Below are positions 25,330-38,722 of a stretch of 64,000 nucleotides of DNA, piece by piece. Origin of the DNA: Lobosporangium transversale (Eukaryota); NCBI RefSeq assembly GCF_002105155.1, contig NW_019029011.1, forward strand, positions 372,001-436,000. Direction: 5' to 3'. The first letter of the stretch is position 1. Each line of letters begins with the position of its first letter. Both the position numbers and the translations under genes were made by a program. The notes beneath the pieces are model-generated. The model was not told the origin of the DNA. It worked only from the letters and a program-made list of their open reading frames with translations, and made no database searches.

Positions 25330-26938
25330 TTAAAAGCCGAAAGGCGATCCACAGAGATTCTTGTCCCAAGACTGAAGCGACTCTGCATGCTTAGGAAGAC
25401 TAAGTGATCCTGGAGCGCCGCCGTGACTGAGTGTCTTGTGACGACGGGTGGTGCTGACGCAAGCATCCGAGCTCTTACCCGCACGCAAGTTACAGATGGT
25501 GTCGGTCTTGCATTCGCTGCCAGCAGCACAAGCTTCCTCACGCTTTGCAGACTTGCTACGGAAGGTCCAGAATTGTTGGAAGGCCATGTCGTTATTCTCG
25601 AAGACTTGTGTAACATTGTGCCACCATGCAGCAGTCAAAGGCTCATTCGCAGCCACAGGAGCAAAGGCGCCGTAAGTCTGGCGAGCAGAGTACTCCAAGT
25701 GCCAGTTAGGGGTGCCACCCGTGGCATCCCAGTTGGCAGCCTGGTCGAGATTGGCAATATAAGTTCTGGAATCAAAGACGTTCCAGCTCTTGGTATCGAC
25801 CTCATAGACACGGAAGCCAGGATTGAGGTTTGTAAAGGGTGTGACCGAAGGTCCAATCCACGCGGTTCCAATGGCGTTACGGGCACTCTTGGAGCTACCT
25901 GGGCCATAGAAAAGAGCAAATTCATCGCGATGACTGTGACCAAAGAACTGCTCCGCAATGACATGAGGAGAGTAGCGCTGGACGGTTTGATAGTATTGGG
26001 CAGACCAGTTCTGGAGGCAGTCTGTCTGTGAAGGACTAACATGACCAATGATCCAAACACGTTCACCAGCATCCTCAGCAGCTTGGAGTTGAGCAATAAG
26101 CCACTTTAGCTCACCATAGGGATCATGGTCGTTAAGGTTGGCCAACAAATGGAAATTGTTCTTGTAGCAAAAGTTGGTGTTGAGGGAAATGATACGTAAA
26201 CCGGGAGCAGGGCTAGCGGTATAAGCACCATAATTCCTGACAGTGTTGACAGCATCCTCCGGTAGCCAGCGAGACCAATTGTCTGCAAGGCTGTTATATA
26301 ACCATGACATGTCATCTCCAGACGAAGGTGTGGAAAACAAACTAAATGGATGCAACCCACGGTAACGGTTAATATAGTATACATTTTGCCCAAAATTTAA
26401 GGTTCAACTTAGTGTCCATTTTTAAGTAAGCAATAGATGATCAAACAATTTTCCAAAACGTCTTTGATCCAAATACTACTACAAAGAAAAAAGGGTTTGC
26501 CACACTATCTAGTATTATAAGTAACTTACTTTGATGGGCCAGATTCATGGTTACCAACAGCAGGATAGACCCTGGCCGGAAGCTCCGACATAGCCTCATA
26601 AGCATTCTTTTCAATGGGTAAAACCGTCTCCTTTGTCTGAAGCCAGACGTCGTGTGGGGGAACATCGCCCGTCAATATCACAAAGCTGACATTAGCAGCC
26701 TTGGGAACAAAATTGAGTAGATCTTGTGTTAGTTTGACCGGAGTGTCACAGCTGTATTCGCCCCAGGAGGAAGCAGGATGCACAATGGCCGCAGCAGAGT
26801 TTGCGTTCTTGCTGCAGCATGTGGGTTTATCGCATTTGGCCTCTGAACCAGGTGCGTAGAGCTCATCGACATGCCAGCTTTCGTAATAGGGGGGAAATAA
26901 ACAATTTTAAATTAATATTATGAGAAAGAATAGACCTT

Positions 26939-26970
<32 letters not shown>

Positions 26971-27310
26971 CCTTACTCAGACAAATGAAGAGCCTCGATT
27001 CGTTGACCACTGTGAGCAGGAGGGGCAGCATTGGTAGGCTTGGGCTTTGGGAAGACGATTGTGTTTGGCTTGAGTACTGGTGGAGAACAAATACCAGCAA
27101 GAGCGTGACACACGTACTTGCCATCACCTTTAGAGAAGTTGACCTTTAAGATAGTGTCGACAACGACAGGACCATAAAGATCGACCAATCCGTCACACTT
27201 GTTGTTCAGTCGCCACGCACACCGATTCCATTTTTAAAATATATAAAAAAAAATAAAAATATGCTAAATTACAGTCTATCACAAATACATCTCCATACTA
27301 TTTTTCATCT

Positions 27311-27348
<38 letters not shown>

Positions 27349-27624
27349 TACGACATCAGTATGCTGTCCCATTAAGGTTGGACAAAGTTTCCTGGCAGCA
27401 TCCATTGCCCAACCCTTATTCAACAAAGCGATATCTTTGGCGCTACTGATAGCAGCTTCACAAGCCTCGCATTTCAAGGTATCAAAAGCCTTTGTGAATA
27501 AAGGAAGAAGCTTGTCCACAATCCAGTCACGCTTCTCAAGCTGATGAAGAGCAGGAGCTGGTGCAGCGAAGACAGCTGTCGCAGCTACCAAAGAGAGAAT
27601 AACCGAAGAGACAGCGATTTTCAT
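25330..27624 (-). CDS. Secreted acid sphingomyelinase-like phosphodiesterase, copy A (4 exons)
   Basis: Signal peptide, saposin-like Cys region, metallophosphatase motifs SDWH, TGDVPPHD, GNHE, GHV, FFGHSH, and NPGFRVY. Confidence 0.93.
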
Positions 27625-28945
27625 GATTTCTCGACAAATAAACAGGTCAAAGAGAGTGAATGAGAACGAGGGATGTATAAAGAAGGGCGGAAGAGAGTGT
27701 ATGAAGATCGGCTAGTAAGGAAGGTTAGACGGAGCGAAAGGAAGTTATTTTTTCTTTCGTTAAGCTACCAAGTAAGGTGAGAATGGAATGAGTGAAAATC
27801 CTTGTGGGTGAGGAAGGAAAGCTGGCAATAAGCAAGGGTTCAGAAATACGATTTGTGGGAGACACAACGGGTATTTATAAAACAACCAAAAGCTTATGGA
27901 TGAAAAAATTACCAACCAAACATTGGTAATGTAATGAATGATATCAATAATTATAATAAAGATCTTTGACCTAATGGTGTTCAAGAGACGATCGGTCAAT
28001 CAGGGGTATGTTTGCATGGTTTACATGCATGGGAGAATGAAGATACCACACCTTAGGTCTGAATGGGAGTAACGGGTCTCCTTTATTGATTAGAAAGTAC
28101 GTTTCCGATTGTTGGTAGATATTATTCAACAACTGCTTATGTGTTACATATGTCTATTCCTCCTTCGGCGGTATTGTGTGGAGAATATATAACTTTCTTT
28201 TCTTATTATGGATGCTGACCTCATACTTATTCTTGCCTTGCTCCAATAGATACTGAAAAATCGAGGTATTCGTTCTAGAGATGGCCGTGCGTGGTGAGTT
28301 TCGGATTTTCCCACTTGGCTTCGTTTTACTAGAGAATGAACGAGAGCCCTCTAATTTTAATTTCCTCCGTTTGTCAATTTGCCGTGCGTCCCTCAGGCTC
28401 CAGATGGTATGACAAGGAGGCTCACCGCTTATGCTTTGTGTATAAATGCGAATATGGAATGTGTGAACGTATGAATGTCTTCGCTAGACACCTTGTCAAT
28501 ACACACACCTGAACATGCTCTCACTCTCTGCGCTATTTAGCACACACACACACACACACATTATTGACCTCTTACCCTTACCTTTCAGAAAAATAAAAAA
28601 GATCAAGGCAACTCGGATGCGCCCTAGCTCATGAAAACACTCTTGGATAACAACTGACAGTATACTTGTTGAATCTCTTCTTAATGAACGTCGTGATTAG
28701 CATGTGTTTGCTTCCATATATCTATGCACAGTATTTTCCGTCTCCACGAGTTGCAGAATCACTACTATGCAGGGCTCCATGGATCTTTTCTCAAACCTCT
28801 ATCGTTGTTGTGGAAACATATTTTACTGCAATACTTGTCATAGTGATTTTGATTTTATTACGAATTGAAAGCGCTTTCTGGTATTAACAAATGTGTGATC
28901 ATGCATCTGTGAAAATTTAGTTGTAAGGGACTGGATTTGATTTTT

Positions 28946-30434
28946 TTAAAGTTGTGAACTCAGTCCGCACAGTTTCTTGTTCCATGGCTGGGGCTCAGCA
29001 CGTTTGTAAAGAGTGTGAAGACCAGAAGCGTCGGCCTCATGCTCCTCATCTGAGCGCTTGACTGAGAACTTAGTTCCTGAGCACGAGTCGGAGCTCTTGC
29101 CGGCACGCAAGTTGCAGATAATCTCCTTAGGGCAAGGACCTGAAGCAGGGCAAGCAGGCTGTCCAGCGGCAGACTTGCCATGGTACTTCCAATACTGCTG
29201 GAACGCCGCGTCATTTTTCTCAAAGACTGTGGTGACGTTGTGCCACCAAGAGGCGCTCAAGGGCTGGTTGTCAGCAATGGGGACAAAGGCACCATATGCC
29301 TGACGGGCAGAGTACTCCAAATGCCAGTTGGGAGTAGCACCTGTAGCATCCCAGTTAGCAGCTTGATCAAGATCAGCAATGTAAGTTTGAGAATCAAAAA
29401 CGTTCCAGCTCTTGGAGTCGACCTTGTACACACGGAAGCCAGGGTTCAAATCAGTATATGGCGTGACAGAAGGCCCGATCCAACCAGTTGAAATAGCATT
29501 ATGAGTGTTCTTAGCTCCAGGGCCATAGTATAATGCAAACTCGTCATAATGAGTGTGACCGAAGAATTGCTCAGCAATGACGTGAGGAGAATAGCGCTGA
29601 ACAACTTGATAATAAAGAGCAGACCAATTCTGGAGGCAGTCTGTCTGTGAAGGTCCGACGTGGCTGATGATCCAGACACGCTCGCCAGCATCTTCGGCAG
29701 CCTGAAGTTGAGTAATAAGCCATTTCAATTCACCGTTGGGATCATAATCCTTGATCTTGCCGTAGAGGTAAAAGTTGAGAGTATAGCAAAAGTTGGTATT
29801 GAGGGAAATAATTCGCAGACCTGGAGCAGGGCTGGCAGTGTATGCACCATAGTTCTTGACAGAGTTGACAGCATCGACTGGCAACCAACGAGACCAGTCA
29901 TCAGCCAAGCTGTTGTACAGCCAGGAGAGATCGCCACCAGTTGCTTTAGTGGGGAATAAGCTATATATTGGATTGTGAATGGACAAAAAAGAACGAGCAT
30001 TAGTTAGCTTTTTTTTTTTTTTTGTCAAAGAAATAAGCAGAACAAAATAGCGGACAGCTTTGCATACTTTGTGGGTCCAGTTTCATGGTTACCGACAGTT
30101 GGGTATACTTTGGTTGACAAACCGGCCTCCATGGTACTGTAAGCAACCTCCTCAGCCACCACTACGGTCTCCTTAGATTGCAACCAAATGTCATGGGGAG
30201 GAATGTCTCCGGTCAAGATCGTAAAGTTGATCTGAGCAACATTGGGGACAAACTTGAGCAAGTCTTGACCCAGCTTCACGGGAGAATCACACTTATAATC
30301 GCCCCAACTGGAAGCTGGGCGCTTGGGAGTCAAGGGCGAATCTACGAACTTGCGGCAGCACAGTGGTCGGTCACAATCGCCTTCTGCCCCAACGACGTAC
30401 TCATTATCGACGTGCCAGCTAGATTATTTTATTT

Positions 30435-30469
<35 letters not shown>

Positions 30470-31125
30470 AGGTTAGACAGGCTTTCATTGATTTCATATA
30501 GTCAAGCAAAAGGATAGAGACATACTCGGATAAGTGAAGAACATCAACTAAAACGCCGTTGGGAGCAGGAGGTGCAGCATTAGCGGGCTTAGGCTTAGGG
30601 AAGGTGAGAGTTCCAGAGGTGATTCCTTGAGCAGGGCAAGCGCCGAGGACCTGGTGGCAGATGTATTTGCCGTCACCCGAAAGGAGGCTGGCTTGCATAA
30701 CAGCATCTACTAGTACGGGTCCTTGAGTGCGGACAAGGCCAACACACTTACAAAAAAAAAAAAAAAAAAAAAGATGGGTACCAGATTAGGATGTGATCAG
30801 TCCAGAAATGTGATTTGCTTGAAGAATGAATAGAGGAAGCTTCCTTTTTACTTACAACATCTTTTGGCATGATCTTAAATTCTGCACAGATACCTTCGGC
30901 AGCATCCAGAACCCAGTTCTTGTTGAGAAAAGCAACGTCCTTTGCGCCTACGAGAGCAGCTACACAGGCACCGCATTCAAGGCTCTTGATAGCTTTCGCG
31001 AACAACTCCTTCAGCTTGTCAAGAACCACTCCTCTCTTTTCGAGGTGGGCAGGAGCCACAGGGGCAGCATAGATTGAACTAGCAGCTGCCAATGACAGAA
31101 TAATGGTAGAAACGTTGATCTTCAT
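28946..31125 (-). CDS. Secreted acid sphingomyelinase-like phosphodiesterase, copy B (4 exons)
   Basis: Same motifs (SDWH, TGDIPPHD, GNHE, SHV, FFGHTH) and the same three intron positions as copy A. Confidence 0.93.
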
Positions 31126-34100
31126 TTTTCTTTTCTTTTGTTGTCGTTAATAGTGGCGTGTGGGCTGGAATTAAAGATAGTCCCGGAGGCAACCGAGAAA
31201 GGGAAGGATGGAGTGACTAAAGAACGTCAGAAACAAGGATTCAAATGCCGAGGGTAAATATGGGTTGTATTTATACAAAAAAAAAGAAAAAAAAAAACGG
31301 AAAAAAAGAGAGAGAGACAGAAACCAGAGTTACCATCGAAGGTTCCGACCATGTGTCTGGTTCCATGTTTGTTCCTGGGTATGGCATTGCATCACTACAG
31401 GGACATGTTTGCGGCATTGAATTATTGAGTGGCCGTTGTTAAGGAATGTGTGGAGTACATGCAGCGAAAAATGCAGATGCGTACTGTACCTTCTGTCTTG
31501 TATTCAAATCGAAAACTTTCAACAAATAAACAAACAAATTATTGACTGGCAAAAAAAAAAAGCGCTAGTGTGAGAAGAGGGATGGTTGGCTGTTGCAAGG
31601 TTACGCCTCAGCCAACCATTGAAGATGCAGACGCCCATGACACTCTTTCGTGGACCACAACGTTGTTATCTCGATTATCATTTTCTGCAACACTCTTTCT
31701 CATAATTCATCCTTGACATATAGGCATGAATGTGATTGTTTCTTCGGTCCGGAAGAAGAACAAATCTTGACATTATACAAGTGTTCGTCATTCATAGCAT
31801 TTGAGAGCATCCATAGATGGATGATTGAGCCTCTTTGGTGCAAAGTCTTGCTGTGATTAACTGCATTCTACTGAATGCTATTACTCTGAAATCTGAAGGC
31901 AGCTCAATGTTTGTCCTGTCAAGCTGAAACGTGATCGTTTTGTGCCCGTTATTTTTTATGCCTGACTTTGAATGTAGGTCGAATCCTACTTTAAGATTAT
32001 CGTCTCTTCGCTTTTTTTCCCGGAATCACTAACATTTTCCACTTGCCGGTTAAATGGCCTTGCCCATCACTGAAATTGTACGCGATGTTTGCACATGATA
32101 GACGTATCTTTTCAAATACAACTGATGTTGAGGTTTCCTTCTGTCAGGCAAACCGGTATATACAATTGAGAGACTTAATGATAGAGCTTTGCATGCACTG
32201 GCCCTAACACCGCTGTCATTTGTCCTACCTCCTATTTTTTTTACAAACAACAATGGAAGGAGTATAGAGATATAGAAGATTGTTTGTATGCTCTTCGACT
32301 TGGTTATGAGGATGAAAAGAACTGTAAACAATTGAACAGGGTTTTTCTTGTTTGCATATATCGGTAATGCAAGTACCGAAAACTTGTCATCAGAATTGCC
32401 CATAATGGGATAGAGGCAGAATGGACGGGAGTACGATTCATAAGAAGATCCTGGTCATGTACCCCCCCCCCCCCCCCATATTGTTGCTATAATGACACCC
32501 ACCATGCATTTCTCAAGCCATTTTAACGTCTTCGCCTCTTTGATCCCATTGAAATGCTCTTCCTTACTTCTAGGCAACCAGTAGCATAGAACTTTAACGA
32601 AATGTGCTTCATGATATATATTTATATATTTATAAATATATATATATTTATACATGTCGTACGTTTTTTTAGTTTGCTCGAAATTGAGAGTTATCAGGGC
32701 GGATATCCAAATGAAAGACACCGAACCCTTTAATTTTCTTATTCCTTTGAGCTTTCAGGTACCAAAAAGTACCCCAGTAAAAAGAGTAGGTAAAAAACAC
32801 ATTCGTACATCGTTCGTGTTCATCAACATGCATGTTTTATGCCTATATTCCGCCAGCCTTGTGGATGTACCCATCATGGGGATGCCTCGGCTTCTGTGCG
32901 ACAAATTAAAGTAATTTGTTTACACAGGATTCGGAATGCAAAAGTCCAATCTGGTGATCCTTTGTAATTCTAGGCCGGGTATCCTCACGCATTCTGCCAA
33001 TATTTTTGGTCGAGCGTTTTTCAATTTGGATGACAGCAAGAAAACAAGATATCATTAAAGACACTAAGCCTTTTTTTTTTTTTTTTTTTTTTTTTGGCGC
33101 AACTTTCTCTATCTATGAGAATACATGTTTGTGCACGGCAAATGATCTCCAATGGTCACCTGTAGGACAGTCAAAGAAGGCATAAAGCGTCTAGTGATTG
33201 GATTGTATTTAGCCAATTACGCATCCCTCTATTTGCTCTCTATTATCCGGCAACTTGATGAGTAAAGACGCCTGTCTGTGTGTTGGCTCACTCATCATGC
33301 ATGCATTTATGTCAGCACTCGGGCCCTCTGGCGTATCTAGAAATCGACAAAGAGAATGGAAAGAGGGTGGGAAAGTAGGACAAGTTGCTAGAGCCAACAA
33401 ACAAAGGAGAAGTATAGCATTGATGAAGGAATTTCCTTTCTCTTCGCACTCAACGCAACGCACACACACAAAGACGCCGTTTATTGTTAATCACATGCGC
33501 TGCTTAGGGAATCATTCGAAGACGTTTTCTTTATTGTACCGACAAGTCAATGCAATTAATTATATCTGTCTAGACCCATCTAATTAAAAGGAAATACACG
33601 CCTGTAGTAGAAAAGCACACAAGTATCGCTTCAATAGCGACTGTCCAGGCTCAATATGAAACCATATAAACATCTAAACATTGCCACATGCTGTTGAACA
33701 ATACTTTTAACATATTCCTGCACTTTCCCAAGGCATGTATCAGTGCTTTGACAAACATGTATCCTTTGATGACTTTGTTACAGCCCTTGGATCGAGAGAG
33801 TACCTGGAATAAGTGAAAAGCAGGAGAATATATGTATTTACTGATGACTGGCATAACTTCAAAAAGCTTATCTCAGAGACGAGGATATCTATTCTGCGCC
33901 TCAGTAGCTACCGTAATCCTATTGAAGTGTTTTAAGGCTTTATTTTGCATCATATTTTGAGAGTTGGTTAACTAACAGTCGGATTTTATTGTTTTGAACA
34001 ATGCAGTGAACTTCGGGAGGATTCTAACTAGTTCCCCTGGATGGCGGTCATTCAAGAGAAATCAAACAATTCTGTTAATTACTGCTAAGTCCAGGCAGAT

Positions 34101-34331
34101 ATGGAAATACAACAGGTACTGAACAGTCGCCAATGGTATAGGATTCGAAGTCAAAAAAAGCTAAGAGTTTCACAGTTGCTCTTGTCGCTGTTACGTGTCA
34201 GCACAAAAAAAAGTATCTGTTTGCGCTATGTTTTATGGAACTAGACTACCAAAACCAAGGCCTAGTTGCTTTTACATTATGGCTACATCTTAAACGGAAT
34301 ATGAATTGAATAAAAGAAAGCTCATTTATTG

Positions 34332-34385
34332 TTATTTACTATTATTTACTATTATTTACTATTATTTACTATTATTTACTATTAT
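34332..34385. repeat. 10-bp tandem repeat (ATTATTTACT) x ~5
   Basis: Read directly from the sequence. Confidence 0.9.
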
Positions 34386-34720
34386 TATTGTATCTCACAA
34401 CTTAGCACTTTAGTGACGTTTTCGATGGTACATGTACATGTACATGTGCTTGTGCATAATGTGGGTATGCTGTTCTCTCTTGCCAGCTTCAATTCTCGAT
34501 CAATAGCCAAAGTACTACGTCTTAATCCTTTCAAGCCCTTTTTTATTTTAATTTTAATTATTTAAAACAGCGCACATTTTCACGCGCTACATTCTTTGAA
34601 ACATTTAATATTAGCCAACCAGAACACGTCAATTGGGCACGTCAATGTGAATCTTCATGGACCTGCATCCTGATTTGATAGTTTTTTATTTTTTATTTAT
34701 TTTATTAGGCATTTCAGGTG

Positions 34721-37700
34721 CTAATAGTCATAGTCCATGTCAACACCCAAGCTCGATCCATTTTTAACCGTGTTCAATTTTTGGTCATTGTACATATCAG
34801 CAATCTGCTCGCTCGTGGTCGCATTCTCCGGCTGTTTATCATCACGGACACGAATGAATCTCGGGAACCGGAGCGAGATACCCTTGGTTGGATCTACAAT
34901 GCCAACCGCTGCCTTATAAACAGGACTGACAGATAGATCCGCACATTTAATTTCCCAGATACGGACAGGGGCAAACCAGACATCGGGTCTGTTACCCTCG
35001 CCCAGCATATAGTATGACTTTGGTTCAGGGATAACATGTTCCTTGAGCTCCTTATAATGATCCTCCAAATCTTGCTCGCTGAATCCAGTACCAATCTTGC
35101 AAATGGATTGGTACACCTCGCGATCAGGATCATAGCAGGCTAAAAGATATCCCCCATAAACTCCTGTACGCTTACCTCGACCCACGTATGCACCAATCAC
35201 AACTAGGTCAATGGAATCCCCTACTCCTGAGAGATAGTCTTTCTTAACTTTGAGCCAGTTTCGGGATCTTTTTGAAGGCTCATAGGTTGCCTCCGTGCCA
35301 TTCAGTGTTTTCACCATCAATCCTTCACAATTTTCAGCAACACTTTGATCAAGGAAGGTTTGAATGTCCTCGATTTGAGTCGAGTTCATACTTTTTGCGA
35401 AAGCAAACTCTCCATCGACTTGGTTAAAGTGCGTCAACAGCAACTCACGACGTTTCTCAAGGGGCTCACGAAGAAGTGATTCGCCGTTGAAGTATAATAA
35501 ATCGAACGCAAAGATGCAAACCTGAACCTTGATATCCTCTTCTTTGACATCCTTGCGCTTACGTGTGCTCAGAACTTGGAAAGGCAGAATGCACTTTTGT
35601 TCACGATCCCAGGCAACTGCCTCGCAATCCAAAACAAATGATTCTGTATCTGGTTTAGCGAACTGAAATGAGCGGAAAAAAAAAAAAAAAAAGTCAGTGA
35701 TAAAAAAGAATACAATACATAAATCGATTCATTAAATCTATACCTTGTGTAGCCGCTCCATGACATCGGGATATTTGTTTGACATATTCTCTGAGTTTCG
35801 GCTGTAGATTTTCATACTTCCATCCTTTAGCTTATGGATTTGTGCGCGCTCACCATCGTATTTATACTCGCAGGTAAATGGAATACTTTCGAACCGGTCC
35901 AAAATGTCTGTCAGTGCCTTTGTTGGATGTGCCAACATGGGTTTCAGAGGGATGCCTGTCAGTCAGCAAAGCAGGAGCCAGTGAGCAATGGTATTGGAAC
36001 AAAGTTTACAGTCCATTTGAGTGATCAGATCCTTCACGTTCTTATCGAGCTTACCAGGAGTTAATTTACATGCTTCTTGAAGTCCTTTGATATGATCTTT
36101 GAGAAGCGCCGGGACAATTAGATCATAGCATGGCAACTCACTATTCAGTAATTATAGAATGCCAGTAATGGTAATTAATTATAATGAAATCGTCTTTATT
36201 GGCAACTCACAAAAGGAATTGGGATTTACCTGTATACAGACTTGACGACTGATGCAGCATCCTCAAGTTCAACTTGCAACTTTTCCTTAGATAATTTCTT
36301 TATATCTATAATGGGAAGAGATGGGATATTAGGAAAAATATGACTTTGACTCAGCATAAATATATTTCTGAGCGAAGCATATGAACCTACCAGGTCTAGA
36401 CAGAACAATAGCCTGTGCTAAAGCAACAACGACAGTCCTCTCTGCCAGCCCAATCCTCAATTTGCCTTCCAAAGAGCGCATAAGGTATTTGGCCTCTTTG
36501 TTACGACAGGATACTAGGAGCAGCTTAATCTTGTCGACTTTTTGTTTTTGAGACTATAGGCAAAGTTGAAGAATTTTAATGGTCCTGAATTGCCCACGAT
36601 GCCTCGTACTTTTAATCTAGTACCGCGTCTTATACATACTGAGTTTCCTGATAATGAGGCAATGTCTTTGAGGGTCTTGAAAACATGCGATATAGTCAGA
36701 GCTTTAGGCTTAAACATTGTTGGTTGGTTACTTCTACTGTTCTACAATTTGCAGAAGTGATATTCTTTAAGTCTACGTTCTGTTAATATACGAGGCACTG
36801 CATTAATTGATGCCAATTAGCAACACCCACCATGGCAATAGCACCAAGATCTCCAATCTCGGCATAGTCGGCTTTGATTTTTTTCATTTCTCGTCCAGTT
36901 GACTCTGCAATGGCTTTCATGAGTAACGATTCTCCAATTCCCAGTTCAATTCCTTCGTACTCCGGACAAAGCTAATATGACAAAAGGTGATGTTTTAGTC
37001 ATTAAAATAATTAGACTCTTCTTGCTATAGTAACGCCAAGTCTTCGCGCGTCTTTTATTGCTCACCTTATTGATGGAAAGATAGATGACGGTAAGCAAAC
37101 TCTCTGGACTCTGTCTAATAACAGCAATCAGAAACTTAACAAGATAGTCCAAAATCTGGAGACGTTTTGTTGTTCCTTCAATCTGTTCAAACGTCTGACA
37201 CAGAGCCGCGTATGGAACACTAAAATACGGCGCAAGCAATAAGGTTAATATCCTTCGTCTTTAGAGTATAAAAGACCATGCCAGTCACAGTGCTCTAGCT
37301 TACGGCTCGCCTTTCTTCCATGATGCCGAGTCCATGTCTTTCGAACTTGACAACATGTCAGCCCTGAGAAACACAAGAAGAAAATAGTGAATTAGCCTTC
37401 TTTCGGTTGAAATATATGCGTGATAAATACTCTCTAAGCTCAGGGCAAATTGCATCTGCGCTGGAAAAGTACCATTTGGCTGCAGCTTGTTTGATCTCAA
37501 CAGCTTCTTGCAGTTGCTCGATTTCATTCACTTGTGCATCTGCTTCGTCATTACGATCTTTTACTTCTTCAGAATCTATGGTCTCCATTGGTTCAGATTT
37601 CTTTAGTTTTGGTTCAGGTGATGAATCAGTTATCGATCCTTTTGTTTCGCAAGGCAAAATTGAGTCCAGTTTGAGTTTTTTCGTTGTAGCTGCAAGCTCT

Positions 37701-38208
37701 TCCTCTTTTTGCTCTTGCATAGAGTGGATTTTGGTCTCATTGACTTTCACTGCTGCTTCTTCTATTTCATCATCGGATTGGATTGTTCGACGAGACCTCT
37801 TCTTTACTTTGAAGGTATCTATAGTTGGAATTAATAGTTTTCGTAAGAGTTCCATACTATTGTTATTTTGCCACCAACACTCTATATCAATTCAACGAAC
37901 CTCCTTCAGTATCCTCTTCCATTGCCGATTCCTGGACAGCCTTAGCACTTGTACCCCCAGATCCAATGGTATTATCAGCATTTGTCCGTGAATCTGAACT
38001 TTGTTGGTCTACATTCTTGTCCCTGGCTGAATTACCGCCTGACGCCACCAAAGCTGCTTTTGGTCGGCCAAATGATCTATTTAAGTTAAAGAGGAATTAT
38101 TGTTTGTTTAATCTCTGCATTGATGAGTAGTATGCTATCTGACTGAAAGAGCAAGTATGAAGAATAATTCTCGGAGCAAGCATACAGGCGGCTCTGATGT
38201 AATGTCAT
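34721..38208 (-). CDS. CDC9: DNA ligase I (multi-exon)
   Basis: Adenylation motif [26 protein letters not shown] and [14 protein letters not shown], plus the DNA-binding domain [13 protein letters not shown]. The start at 38208 is inferred from MTLHQSRL followed by a GTATGC intron. Confidence 0.94.
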
Positions 38209-38722
38209 GGTTGTTAGTGGTCAAAATAAATGAAAGCATGCTAAAGCCAAAAACCAAAATATAGAAAAAAAAGGATCACCCCTTAATGAAAGGTTAATTG
38301 AAAAGACAAAGCAATTCAAATCATTATGGCCGCTCCGGCATGGCACCATATGTTGCTCAATCTGAGTGGGTTAAATCACTACTGAAAGTGCAAGTATGTA
38401 TTTACAAAACTGACCTTTATAGTGATTAAAATTTTGTTCTGTTGATGGAATGGTGCTAAAAGAAAAGTCTACTTCAATTGGCGCTGATAGAATTGGTACA
38501 ATGATCCAATGTGTAGTTGAATTCTATGCATGGGTGTGTGTGCCTGTGGAGACGAGCCATTGGAGTGGATAACACAAGTCTGCAAATCCAATTGATGGGA
38601 TTGAATAAGGGTGAGTGTAACATTAAAATCATGAGCTATGATATCATCAGAGTTCTAGCTGGCGGCTTTTTGGCCTACTCTTTTGGAGATCTCAATTGTT
38701 TAAAAAAACCTCCTCATTTCTC

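Noticed and set aside
25423..26031. 202-aa + strand ORF (and similar antisense ORFs over STE12, CDC9 and HUT1)
   Set aside because: These are antisense shadows of well-supported coding exons with no recognisable motifs.
31895..31990. tRNA-like T-arm GTAGG-TCGAAT-CCTAC with an upstream AGCTCAATG
   Set aside because: The loop is 6 nt rather than TTCGAAT, and no acceptor or anticodon stems could be built.
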